Below the pieces are notes generated by a model. That model worked only from the letters and a program-made list of their open reading frames with translations. It was not told the DNA's origin and made no database searches. A stretch of 63,661 nucleotides of DNA, the filler included, from Octopus bimaculoides (lineage: Eukaryota), in NCBI RefSeq assembly GCF_001194135.2. It is 5 parts of 5 records of this genome, joined end to end, with 100 filler letters (N's around TTAATTAATTAA, not from the genome) between each part and the next. Parts side by side here need not be neighbours in the genome. Positions count along the whole stretch, not along the records: positions 18,844 to 41,639 come from NC_068984.1; 4 more parts are not named here. The stretch is one strand, 5' to 3'. Shown one piece after another: positions 27,610 to 40,344 of the stretch. How positions within the stretch are numbered: position 1 is the stretch's first letter; every line of letters starts with the position of its first letter. The translations under genes were made by a program, and so were the position numbers.

Positions 27610-29058
27610 CAGGGTGCATCAGTTTTTTAACTCAGCAAATAAAAAGGCACACAGTAATCATTGCCTTAAAAACACAACATAGTGATACGGAGATAGCTCG
27701 CTACCTGAAAGTTGCCTGATCCTTTATTGTCAAAGTCTAAAAGGAGCTGAAAGCCACTGATGGGAATCCAACATAAGTAGCTAAGTGCAAAACATATGCA
27801 CAAAATCCTAATACCACCTAGTACAAAAAGTCCAAGAAATAATCAACAAAACTCCAGAAAGCCAATCAGAGCCATTGCAAAGGACTGCAAGGTTTTGGAA
27901 TGCATCATCAGAAGAGTTCTGCACGAGAGTATTTGGTACAAGTCATATGTGATATAGAGGGGTCAGTTTATGTTGAATGTGGCAAGAAAGAATCATTTGA
28001 TCTGTGCAAAGCACTTGTTAAACAAGTTAAAATACAAGAGGCTGGAATGCTTTGGTTTTTCTCCAATGAGAAAAACTTTGATCGAGACCAAAAGATAAAC
28101 TAAAGGAACAATAGATAGTTATGCAAAGACCTGAATGAGGTTCCAACAGCTATGCATACTAAGTTCCCAGCAATCATGATGGTTCTGGTAGTCATCAGCA
28201 ATGAGGAAGATGTTATACCTCCTCACTCTTTTCACAAGGCTTAAGAGTCAATGCCATTGTCTACACAGAGGTATTGAAGAAAGTTGTGAGACCATGGACA
28301 GACAGAGTATGAAATGGAAGACCATATGTCTTCCAACAAAACTCTGCACTGTCTCACAAGGCTAGAATAACCCAAGTGTGTATGTGTACCAATCTCCAAG
28401 ATCCTGTTCTTTCAGACACATGGCCTCCTAGCTTGCCAGACCTCAATCCATTGGACTATTACATATTGGGTGTAGTCAAGAGAGAGATCAATAAACATCC
28501 TCATAACATCATACAATCTCTCAAGTCTGCCAAAATCAGTACTGTGTCCAAAATTGATAATGATGATCTGATTCAGATATATCAACGCTTCCAATCTCAT
28601 ATTAAAGCAGCCATTGATGCTAACAGTGGATTCATTGAATAGGGGTGATAAAAGTATTCTCAGGATTATTTGTACCAATTTCTTTTTAAATGCAGTTTTT
28701 CTTTGATGAGTTATGTGTCTTTTTTGTGGTATGACGTCAGTGACTGGGGAGGCTGACCGAAAGGGCAAGTTGACCGGAAGAGGAAGAAGGGCAGCGGGAG
28801 CTTCGATCGGGATTTGTGCCCTTTTCGAATGGGGTCGTGGTCAGGAGAAGATGTGCTAAGCGACGGTCTAGGTTTGGGAGAAGCAGCTGCTATTCCTAGT
28901 GTTCTTTGGGTCGGGGCAAGCTTCAAGGACTGGATACCGCAAGACAGACTCGCAGTCGACGAAAGGAAAACCGAGGTAAGGCGATTACATCTACTCACAC
29001 GCATACACCACATTTTTCTAAATTCATACAAATGACCTTAGAAAAGAGATGCACCATA
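27610..29058 (+). mobile_element. maT-type (DD37D) Tc1/mariner relic interrupted by an LTR-like insert
   Basis: TA-flanked TIRs cagggtgcatc / gatgcaccata; WFFSNEKNF and VFQQN-37 aa-D (WPPSLPDLNPLDY); several stops and frameshifts, catalytic Ds decayed to N. Confidence 0.9.
28725..29012. mobile_element. Probable solo LTR (288 bp)
   Basis: TG...CA ends with a tgtggt/accaca inverted repeat, TTTTT on both sides, and GC/CpG-rich unlike its flanks. It splits the transposon's 3' end. The TSD evidence is weak because it is a poly-T. Confidence 0.6.
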
Positions 29059-29746
29059 TATGTATGTATGCATGGATGGATGGATGGATGGATGGAAATA
29101 AGGTCTTGTTAAACCTTCCCCAACAACTCATTTTCCATTGCTCCATCAACCTTCTAACTGTTGTACTACTCGTCCAGGTGCAATGTATGATCCCATTTGT
29201 CCCTTTACACTTTGCATTGTCTTCCTGTCATTGTCCCCCCATCCTCTCCCCCACCTTCATGACTCATTCATATTTCCTTCACTTTCTGCATTACTTTCCT
29301 ACATTGCAAAGTTTGTCCAGGTAGGAGATTTAAGGTCAGAACTGAAAGTTACTACTGTGGCAACATATACTGTGGCAACTATCTGGAAAATTTTCCCCAA
29401 CAATCATGATACAAGCCTAGTACTTATGTAAGTGTGGGAGACGAGATCTTGTAGCATTAAAGAATTTTTCAGTAATATTAACAAGCTTCAACTGGAAAAT
29501 GAAACAGGATCAAAGGCTTGGTTAACTGAGAGCGATGGCATCCCTAAATAAGAGTGAGTAGATGAGGTTAAGTGCGTATGAAGGATACTATGGCTTTTAC
29601 AGTAAAAGATATTTCAATAGTAAAATAAATCAAATTTCTAGTATTATTTACAATGAAGAAGCTAATGGTAATGGCATATTATGAATATGATAACAATATC
29701 TAATAGAGAGGGCAGAAGAAGGGTGTTAATGAATGATCCAACATAC

Positions 29747-29935
29747 CTATGGCTTGTGAATATGATGTAATGACAGTGTCACTTAAGTTATTTGCATTAA
29801 AGCAGGATATTGTATCAGTAGGTGAGTCGAAATTTAAATGAAGATCAGGTGAAGGTAATGGCTCTAAAATATTTTCCAGAAATAAAAACGGACATCTCAT
29901 TTCAATTTCCTCTCCAGTTAACCTGCTGCACTGTG
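29747..29935 (-). CDS. CFAP54: CFAP54-like exon 4, phase 1/1: (S)QCSRLTGEEIEMRCPFLFLENILEPLPSPDLHL...SDTVITSYSQAI(E)
   Basis: tttttttttccag| acceptor and G|gtatgt donor; 189 nt. Needed for the frame, because skipping it creates T|AA stop. Confidence 0.85.
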
Positions 29936-30214
29936 CTGGAAAAAAAAATCATTATCGTTTAATGTCCGCCTTCTATACTGGCATGATGAATAAACAAATT
30001 TATAATAAATTTTTTCTACTATAGGCACATGGCTCGAAATTTTGGTGGAGGCAGGGCTAGTCAATTATATTGACCACAGTCCTCAACTGAAATTTAATTT
30101 TATCAACCCTGAGAGGATAAAAAACACCTCATTTGCATCTTCAAAATATACCATAAATGTTGAACTATATAACTGATCCAGAGATGTTCTTGATAAAGGT
30201 ATATCTAGTATATA

Positions 30215-31105
30215 CAAGGTGGTATCAAAAAGTTCCCAGACAATTTCTGTAACATGCCAACAGATGGCAGCATATGGTTGTGTGCACAGTGAGAGCTAAC
30301 AGTAACCTTCATGAGGCAGTGTACTGAGTGACATTGCTGTGTGAAATTTGTGCTGTTGTGATCATGTGTATGCTGTAGTCTGTGATTTTGTCATGGACAA
30401 GAACAAAGGGCCAACATGAAATTTTGCGGTAAACTTTGGAAGTCTGCTACAGAAACATTGAGCATGCTTCAACAAGCTTACAGTAATGTGGCAATGGGTT
30501 GTACGCAATGTATTGAATGGCACAAGCTCTTCAAAAGCAGAAGAATGTCCTTGGAAGGTGATGAATGATCTAGAAGACCTATCACAAGTGTCACCCCTGG
30601 GAATGTGATATTGTGCATTGAGAATTCATCCTCAGGACCAGACTGTCAATCAAGAGTTCTACTGTAATGTTTTAAAGCATTTGAGGGAGGACATTCAGCG
30701 AAAGCAACTGGATCTGTAGAGTTCAAAGAATAGGATTCTTCATGATGACAATACACCCTGTCACTGAACTCTCCTCACGTGAGAGTTTCTCAACCAAATA
30801 CAACATGGTATTGCTTCCGCACCCATCCAATTCACCAGACTTCCATCTCTTCTCCAAGATGAAAATGCAGCTCAAAGGTCCCTGTTTTAACATCATTGTC
30901 AAGGTGCAGAATTAATTGCAGAAGGTCCTTGACTCATTTACGGAAAACGACGCCCAGGCTGGATTCTAAAAGTAACAGGAATACTGAGACTTGTGTATTG
31001 CTGCACAAGGTGACTATTTCAAAGGAGATAATATAAAAACTTAGATAAATAAGTTATTTTTTTTATTAAACATAACTAGTCCAGGAACCTTTTGATACCA
31101 CCTCG
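30215..31105 (+). mobile_element. Internally deleted mariner relic
   Basis: TIRs caaggtggtatcaaaaagttcc / ggaaccttttgataccacctcg; relic HDDN.PCH and PHPSNSPD..HLFSKMK.QLKG. Confidence 0.85.
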
Positions 31106-31648
31106 TTTAATAAACCATTGTTTGGTCTCTCATGAAAATCTAATTTTCAAATAAGAAATTAAATTATTTTTCACTGTTTATAAGCAATCTAGTGTGTAAT
31201 GGAAACACTGTCCAACAGATACATGCTTAATGCCTTTAGCCTTCATATGTTTTTTTTTTTTTTTCAGTTATTGGATATGGCCATGCTAAGGCACTATCCT
31301 GACAGATAAACAAATTGACCCCATTACTTATTTTAAAAAAATCTGGCACTTATATTCTCTTTTGTTGAACTGCTAATATACAGGAACGCACACACACACA
31401 CACACACNNNNNNNNNNNNNNNNNNNNNNNNNNNNNNNNNNNNNNNNNNNNNNNNNNNNNNNNNNNNNNNNNNNNNNNNNNNNNNNNNNNNNNNNNNNNN
31501 NNNNNNNNNNNNNNNNNNNNNNNNNNNNNNNNNNNNNNNNNNNNNNNNNNNNNNNNNNNNNNNNNNNNNNNNNNNNNNNNNNNNNNNNNNNNNGTAAACT
31601 TCCGACCACAAAGTTATACCAGCACTTATGTTTATGATGATGATGATG

Positions 31649-31690
<42 letters not shown>

Positions 31691-33113
31691 CTTAATCATA
31701 GAATTGATCTCTAGCAGTCTAGAGTAATATATTCTTTTATTTAATATGTGATGATTCTTTAATACAGAATGGCTAGATGTACACAAGTCATATCCATGGC
31801 TTTTTACCAGAACCAATACCTGGATCTCAAAACAAATTGTACAATAACAGTGATTTTGGTCTTCTCCAAACATTTAGCAAAACCTGAAGAACTATCAACA
31901 CTGCAATCTAACAAAGCTTATGAAATTGTACAGTACTCCTGTATCTTACAGAAATTATTGTACCAATATTTGTATCTTTTAATTCATCTGCTACAGATAG
32001 ATTTCTTAATTATTTTATATCCTGGTGTTGGATAGATAATTTAACAAAGCAGAGGGAAGGAAAGTATTCACACGATGCATTATAATAACTGTTACATGAG
32101 GCTAAACGCTCTCAGTCATGGCTCACAGTGAACTGCTTGCCTTCAATTACTCACAGTTCTTTACTTTATAGCAATGTGCCTGTCCACTTTTAGTCCCTTA
32201 GGGATAGTTGGAATCCTTCCACAACACAGTAATTCCATAAGAGATATCTCTGGACAACTCCTATAATTAACTTGGCTTGCCTGTGTTTTTGCATTAAGTG
32301 TGATACACATATTGCTATTTTCATTAAATGGTGCTTCAGTTGCACATAACTGATTGTCTATGATTGATTATTTGTCATCCTAGTATGTCAGCATATTGTA
32401 CTCGTATACAATATTCAATAGAAGGTTTGGTATTGGTTCTAGTTTGAAGGGTCAAAGGTTTGGGTTTTATGAAATCTTAAAAATATGATTAAAATTTTTT
32501 AAATATATAAATAATGAGTGAAAAAAGCAACACAGCAATCCAGTTTTGTAAGATATATACCATCATTATCATCATTATCATTTTAACAGCTAATTTTCCA
32601 TGCTTGCATGGGTTGGATGGTTTTTGCTTGAGGCATATTTTTCAACAGCCAGATGCCCTTCCTCTCACAAACTCTCATCTTTTTCCAAGTAAGATAATAT
32701 TTCCCCATGACCAGACATGCTTCTATGGTAGATTAGAAACGAAGAGCAGCACTTGCATGATGGTGACACTCATTTACAAAATATCAAGTGAAGCCAAGGC
32801 AAGGAGACAGTAAAATTTTTAAAAAAACACATACACACAGCAGGCATCTTTCAGTTTCCATCTACTAAATCTACTCACAAGACTTTAGTTAGCTCAGAGC
32901 AATAGTAGAAGACACTTGCCCAAGGTACCATGAAGAGAGACTGAAACTAAAACCATGTGGTTGGGAAGCAAACTTTTTACCAAACAGTAATAGCTGCAGC
33001 TATTCACAAAAAACATAATTTGACTTTGAGCTAATCCAAGATCTCAAAATTTAGTTTTGTAATATTCAGCTAAAGAACACACCAATATATACCGGAAGAA
33101 TATTTCAACTTAC

Positions 33114-33269
33114 AATAAAATCTTCCAGCAATGTACAGATGCAGAAGTTGTCGACTATGATACACTGCGCGCATTGTATAATCACTTTCTTCTAAAACTG
33201 ACTGAATGTACTTCCAACTGCTGTCAACATTTATCGGCACAGATATCAAGCTGGATGCTTCACCTTTAG
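33114..33269 (-). CDS. CFAP54: CFAP54-like exon 3, phase 1/1: (A)KGEASSLISVPINVDSSWKYIQSVLEESDYTMRAVYHSRQLLHLYIAGRFY(S)
   Basis: T|gtaagt donor; acceptor aag| at 33269 or an in-frame aag| at 33263; VP.NV....L..S.Y..R...HSR.LL motif. Confidence 0.87.
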
Positions 33270-33339
33270 CTTGTCAACATTAAAGAAAACAATCATTGTT
33301 GAGTAAAAGTATCATAAAGAAAATAGATAGATATGTAAA

Positions 33340-34264
33340 GAGATCACTGAGAAAGAAAATTGAATAAAAATACTTTTATAACTGCTTTGAACATTATATT
33401 TCTACTCTTGTAAAGATATATTCATAACTCCAGTGGGAGGACTGCTCTTAGTGTAGTTGAGAAAAGTTTGTATTTTCATAGTTATTTCTTGTTAAAGTTG
33501 TATTTCGGTAATATCAACCAACCAATGACATGTATTCATCTGAATAAAATTACTGCTGTTGTTTGTCAACAACTTTCGGTGGTGTATATTTCAGTTGTCA
33601 CTGTTATTTATAACATATTTCATCTCAGTTACATTTGTATGAATAAATAAGTGTATCTGAAGCACGTTTACTTCATGGCACCACCACAGTCGTTCGTGCA
33701 TTTCTACTGCTTTTAGTTTTTTTCCCTGTTTTTCAGCTACTATTTTCAGAAAGACTTTTTTGCACCTCTTCCCCACTCTAATTTCTTCATTTTTCACTTT
33801 TTCCGTAACTCTAACCCTAAAATCCCAACCCTAACCTTAACCCTAAAACCCTAACCTTAACCCTAAAACCTTAACCCTAACCATAAAACCCTAAGCTAAC
33901 CCTAAAACCCTAACACTAACCTTAACTCTAAAACCCTAACCCTAACCCTAAAAGTCTTAAGCTAAAACCAGTACAAATGCACAAATGATATCATAAATAA
34001 CAGTGACAAATGAAATATACACTGCCGATAGTTGTTGACAAACAACGGCAGTAATTTTATTCAGCTGAATACACATCATTGATTGCTTGAAATTACCAAA
34101 ATACGACTACTTTAACATGAAATAACTTTGAAAATATAAACTTTTCTCAACAACAGTAAGAGTAAAAGATGTTTTATATGACACATTTTACCAGTGTCCG
34201 AAGTTTGAAAGTGTTTAGTTACAAAAAATTAATTTCTCAATCTGCCGTTCAAAGGGCAAAGATC
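33340..34264. mobile_element. Non-autonomous DNA element with ~200-bp inverted arms around telomere-like repeats
   Basis: 33440-33650 is inverted to 33965-34170 (attactgctgttgtttgtcaacaact / agttgttgacaaacaacggcagtaat). Degenerate (CCCTAA)n/CCCTAAAA at 33810-33965. Outer limits approximate. Confidence 0.75.
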
Positions 34265-34641
34265 CAATTAATTAGTTTGCTTTGTCTAAGTTTTATTTCA
34301 AACCATACCTATATGATGTAACAACACACATATTACAACTGATAGGAAAGGCACCGCTGGAGCCTCTACAAAACTGCTCAACCTGCTTAAAATAGCAGCC
34401 TCAAACTACATTCTACCTTCTTGAAAAAACAAAGAACATAATGGATAATGTAATCATAGATACATTGTCTTTCATTTTTTATGTCTTTGGTGAAGAAGAT
34501 TAATTCATGGATACTCCATGACTAAGTTATGAAGTATTCCATCATATTTATGTAAGTCGTGTATTATTCTAAAGTATGACATCGTTCAATTCAATAAGGA
34601 CAATATGTAAAAATTGAAATAACGTTATTCTGATATCTTAC

Positions 34642-34880
34642 CTTTGTTGCTAGTATAACTGCGTGCATCAAGATAAGCACCTAAAGGAACAGGCTCAGGT
34701 TTAGCTGTAGAGACTTTTAGCTGTAGATTCAAATATTTCTTGGTATTGAGACTCCCATCAGGGTTTTCAACAAGTTGTTCTAAATTAGCTGCTACTGAGA
34801 CATTTTCAGAATTACACTTTAACTCAAGGTGATGCTGAGCATTAATTAACAGAGGAAATGTAAATTCAGCAAATTTCTCA
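34642..34880 (-). CDS. CFAP54: CFAP54-like exon 2, phase 2/1: (N)EKFAEFTFPLLINAQHHLELKC...PLGAYLDARSYTSNK(A)
   Basis: ttttcag| acceptor and G|gtaaga donor; 239 nt; E....PLL..AQ..L motif follows the previous exon as remembered for the vertebrate protein. Confidence 0.87.
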
Positions 34881-37800
34881 CTGAAAACCATAAAGATGAA
34901 TAACTGCAGTGAATAGAATAATTAACTGTTTCTTTTATATTTTCATGAAAAAATGAATTTAGAATGGTCATTATGATGTTCATTCACATTCACAAATTCC
35001 ATCACTTGTTTCATAAGTTTTATCACTTTTTCACATGTGGAAAACTAAGCTTATTAAAACGGGCATCTAATCCTTATCTGAATGTGAAACCACAAAACAA
35101 ACAAAACAAACATTAATATGCTTTCTTGAATTATTTCTTCTTTACGTATAGGTAGATTCTTCAGTTAAATATTACAAAAGTACATCACAAGAAAAGAAAC
35201 TTGACATTATTACATATTCAAATAATAATTATTTTTCCTAAACTTAAAATATTTCATGTAGAAAACTGAAGTTGTGTAACTGTAGCTGTTTCAGCTTACA
35301 TGTCACATGATTTTGCATGTTTAGCTACCACCTCTGAGATTACATCATTCTGATGAACATGCTTTGGGGGTGCTCGTTGGATGGTTTTCACAAGAGAGTC
35401 CCTGGTACCCTCAAGTCATATATTCTAGTCATTAGGATATTGTGTAACTGGACAGCGATTAGCTTGCAGTAGGTATTCACCTACACAGCTAGAAAGGCTA
35501 AGGTTACCATTAGCTGTCACATTCCACACTAATTGAGCACTGGATTTGAGTAAGCAACATGGGCCTATCACTCCCAAACTACTCTTAACAGTGCTCACAT
35601 TCACTATCTCCAATATTTCTATCCCCATGTACTGTTGCTAGATAGTTGTTAACCCTTTATGAGATTAAAAAAGTTATTTAACTGATCTTGCTTCTTGTCC
35701 CACTCAGTTTCTTACAATACTCCTCACCAGGACAGCCTGGTTGATGGGTGTGAGCAAATTTAATTGATGATGACAATGGGACAAGTTGTACTAAATTACA
35801 TGTTTTTGATAGTATTCAGAGTGACACATTTAGAATGACCACAATTGTGGCTATGTAAGTAATTCTGGGACCAGACTTGTGACAGAGATTTACAAGCGGA
35901 AACATTCAAGCTAAATGAAAATATCAACTGAAATACTCAGTGAAACTATTTCCCATCTTATCTATAGTTAATGCATTGTAGTTTTATTTAATGATTTTTA
36001 ATAAACAATTTTTGTGGGGTTCATTCATAAATAATGTGATCCTGTTTTGATTAAAACTAATTCTTCTCATTACAACATTCAAAATTAATGTGATTTCTAA
36101 TTATTCTTTGTTTTTACTATTTTCTCAGTAAACTACATTTTCCAATGCTTAGTTTTATTCTCAAATATTGCAAATTTTTCTATAATCACAAAGAAACTCA
36201 GATTCAAAATGTTAACTAAAAAATTGTGGAGGTTTTTAAAGTATTATTCTGATGATCAAAAGTAATTCATGAATATGGGTAATATCAGTTACTTGTTACC
36301 AGTGCAAAATTAATTACAGAAAATAATATTAAAATATTTTTACATATTTATTTTGCAAGATTTCTGATGTGAAATTGCGTGTTGAAACAGATATTTCAGG
36401 ATGGTCCCCTCCATCCCATGTGTCTCCTCCTGTTCTGTTTAGTCCACGTGGATTATACAGAATGAACGATTTCCAGATAAAAGACATAAAATAAGAACAA
36501 TAATAAACCTGAAGTGAAGAACAAAAGTATAGTGTGTGTATTTATTTGGCATGCATGCATGATAGGCTTCTTTCAGTTTCTGTCTGCCAAATCCACTCAC
36601 AAGGCTTTAGTTGGCTGAGACTATAGTAAAAGACACTTACCCAAGGTACCATATTGTGGGACTGAACCCAAAATCATGTGGTTGGGAAGCAAGCTTCTTA
36701 CTACACAACCACATCTGTGCCATAAAATGTTTATGTTATGCTATGAAGTTTTACACATATTATTCTATCATACATAGAGTTATGCTATATAAAACATTAA
36801 ATGATATTATAATCAATTTCCAGCATGCTGGCCTTGTTTGGCAAAAGCAAATGCAAAGTTAATTCAAATATCATGTTGTAGATACCATGAGAGAAACTTA
36901 CATACAGGCTTTTGGTGCAAAATGCACTCTTGTTTATACTGTTAGTGGTGAAATAAATCCCCTCAACCTCCACTGCTGAGACCACCCATCACATGATTTC
37001 AACCTTCTTTGGCCTTATCAATAATGGACATTCAACTGCAAGAGATAGTAGTAAGCCATCTCCTCGCCAGCGGTATATATAGGAAAACAGTGCCAGAACA
37101 GGCACTGGTGTCACAATTAGCCAGTGAATGCTCGTGGTGTCTACCTTTGTGTAGTTTGTTCTAACAGAACATCCACATTTAAGTGGGGATAAATATTGCC
37201 TCTTGGTATTAACACTGCCTCTGTTAGTAATATATGTAATTATTCAATATTCATAATACTGAGCTCTTGAGTTGTTTCATAGTATGGGACACATTTTGTT
37301 TTATTATTAAGTAATGCAACCTAACTACATACCATGTGACATATATATCCAGTGGCTTATATAGCCAGTGACCTATATAACCTGTGGCCTATATAGCCTG
37401 TAGTTTTCTTTAATCTTTTACTTGTTTCAATCGTTAGACTGCAGCCATGCTTCATTGCCACCTTGAAGAAATTTTGGTCAAATGGCTCAACCCCAGTAAT
37501 TATTTTTTTAAAACCTGTTATTTATTCTGTCAGTCTCTTTTGTCAAATCACTAAATTATGGTTACATAAGCACACCAGCACCAATTGTCAAGCATACATA
37601 TATACAATTGTCAAGCACACATATATACAATGGGCTTCTTTCAGTTTCCATCTACCAAATCCACTCAGAAGGCTTTGGTCTGCTAAAGTAGAAGCCACTT
37701 GCCTAAGTTACCACACAGTGAGACAGGACCTGAAACTATGTGGTTGGGAAGCAAACTTCTTACCACACAGTCATACCTGTGCCTACATAATCTATAACTC

Positions 37801-37991
37801 TAAAAGAGGAAGTTTTTCGATTATAAGCAAAGTAGAATTTGAACAACAACCCTCTGGTGGGTGGGGGTCTCTAATAAGGGGAGTTCATATCATAATCTAT
37901 GAAGACTTATAAAAGAATTATTAAAGATGGTATAAACATTTGAATAATGATTACAATAAAAAAAATAAAACAAAATACAAATTATGTTTAC

Positions 37992-38212
37992 TTTGTCAAA
38001 GCATTGAAGCGAAGAATAATATCAATAAGAGTCTCCCATTTCTGCTTATAATGAATAACAATGATGGCTTTTTTGCAGATTTTCTCAATAATACGACCAT
38101 CAAGAACAGTGACATCATCAAGAACTGGATCAAAATGAAGACTGTAACTCCCTTTAAGGTCAGTCAGTGTATTAGACCAAGGGTCAGCTTTAAAAGAATC
38201 ATTTTCTGTTGA
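37992..38212 (-). CDS. CFAP54: CFAP54-like exon 1 (first found), phase 0/2: STENDSFKADPW...LHFDPVLDDVTVLDGRIIEKICKKAIIVIHYKQKWETLIDIILRFNALT(N)
   Basis: ttttacag| acceptor and AA|gtaaac donor; 221 nt; FDxxLDDV.V.D...KWETL....FN motif. Confidence 0.9.
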
Positions 38213-38615
38213 CTGTAAAAGATAAAAAATAATGTAGTAATGAGAGTGGTAGTGAGTATGGTTGTAGTAACAATAATAATAGTAGTAGTAGCAATAGTAG
38301 TTACAATAGCCCAAGGCATGAGTTGAGACCATACAAAATAGTTGTTAGTCAGTCAGAAATTCTCATTCTATAAACATGCTTTTTACAAATAACACAATTA
38401 ATTGGTATTAGCAAAAAATATAAAGGCAATTAGTATTAGTAAATAACAGAATGTGATTTGAAACTTAATTGAACACTGTCTTTGACTAATTATCAAAGGC
38501 AAGTTATATGTAGATTGTGTGTATATATGTTTATGCATGTATGTGTGTGTGAGTGTTTGTGTGTGTGTGTGTGCGTGTGTGTGTGTGTGCATGCACATGT
38601 ATGCANNNNNNNNNN

Positions 38616-38650
<35 letters not shown>

Positions 38651-40344
38651 AGAGAGAGAGAGAGAGAGAGATAACTTATACAAGTTATCTCTCTAAAAAC
38701 AATTAGGCTAAGTATTGCAAACTGATGATACATCACTCCCAAACTAAGAGTTTGTGTCATTGTAACAGTACTGCTCTATTGTGGTACCTATTTATTTTCA
38801 GTTGAGAAGAGACAGCAAATTGAAGAGTCCTGACAGTGGACAACCAAATAGCACTGCTGATAATATTAACCATCAATAATGCAGTACCATTAGCACACCA
38901 GGCAAAATGCTTAGTAGCATTTCACTCATCCTTATGCTCTGAGTTCAAATTCTACCAAGGTCAACTTTACCTTTCATCCTTTCAGGGTTGATAAAATAAG
39001 TGCCAGTTGAACTCTGTAGTTGATGACATCGACGTACTCTCCCCCAAAATTACAGGCCTTGTGCTAAAATTTGATACTATTATTAACTATCAATGTTTCA
39101 AACAGAAACGGACACAGTATAAGCCAGATAACAGTAACTAGATAAATAAATATATATGTATATATTAATGTTTTGTTTTCATGTAAAGTTATATATAAAA
39201 ACAATTAGCATTAAACTGAAAGATTACTCAATACTTTTTAGAAGAGTACATGTTTATTAAACTTTTACAAGGAATAGGCTAACAGTGAGTTCAAAGTGAA
39301 CAAGCTGAAACTTCAGTCACTGTCAACATTTTCCTTGTAAAAGTTGAAAAAATATAGAGCCATTTCTCAATGAATCGTCAAACAAATGTAGTTTACTATT
39401 CCAAAAGAATTGGCTGGAAGTATATAGACTAAAACAATTACATTTTAAAGCTTTGTTTTACGTATCTACTATTAAGACACTTTATTTTAGATCTATTCCT
39501 AGCCAGATTTCTTGTTAGCATTCAGTTCATCCTTGTCTATAAATAACTTCTTAAATAACCACAAAGTCTCTGATTTAATGGGACTGAGAAATGACATTTA
39601 TGAATGTCATAATTTCAAGATATAGATATCCTTATTTGACCAACATTTAGATATCCTTATTTGACTGAAAGCAAAATGTATGTTACATGTTGATACAAAA
39701 TAATCGAAGTGAACAAGAACAAATTAGAAAAGTATTTTGGGTACTTGAATTGGTACTTATGCTGAAATCTTCCTAAGGGACAAGTCTAAATGTGCTCATG
39801 ATGTTTAGATATCACAAGAACTGATTTCAATCTGATTTTCTTCTTTTAAATAAAGAACTTGAAAATGTTCTGCCGAAGACTCAATCTAGCAGATTGGAAG
39901 TTGTATCATAGACTATTCAAATGGAAAACAATGTGCAGTTCTGACTGAGCTTAACATGGGCCTTCATTACTTAAAACAGTGATATATTTTACAGTCAAGT
40001 AAAAGAATGAGCCATTAACCTTTTGGAAGATGAAATGGCTACTCTCTACAAAAAAAGAAATTAATGTGTGAAGATGCATTGAAGTTAGGTTGAACCATTG
40101 ACATTTTCAGAGAATATACTATCAATAATTTGGTCAGCATTTGGTCAAGAAACATTGTTTTCCATAATTCAGTCATACTTAAAACACATAAGCTTACAAT
40201 CTATATTTCACTTACACAGGGTATGATGGGTAAATTGTTGCCATTTAATATTTTTAATTTCGTGCATGCACATTGTCTGTTTTTGATTTTGTTGCCTATA
40301 GAGTATAGTAGAGTCAGTTGGGCACCATCTGTGAGAAAAACAGC

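Noticed and set aside
35300-35628. Exon-like minus frames (MGIEILE..., DSLVKTIQRAPPK...) with a phase-2 donor at 35300
   Set aside because: Two in-frame stops separate the pieces and there is no polypyrimidine acceptor. The 37992-to-34880 junction is already in frame and motif-continuous.
40223-40330. Phase-0 GTAAGT donor and open frame upstream of the first exon found
   Set aside because: The peptide shows no recognisable CFAP54 similarity and abuts a transposon 5' end.
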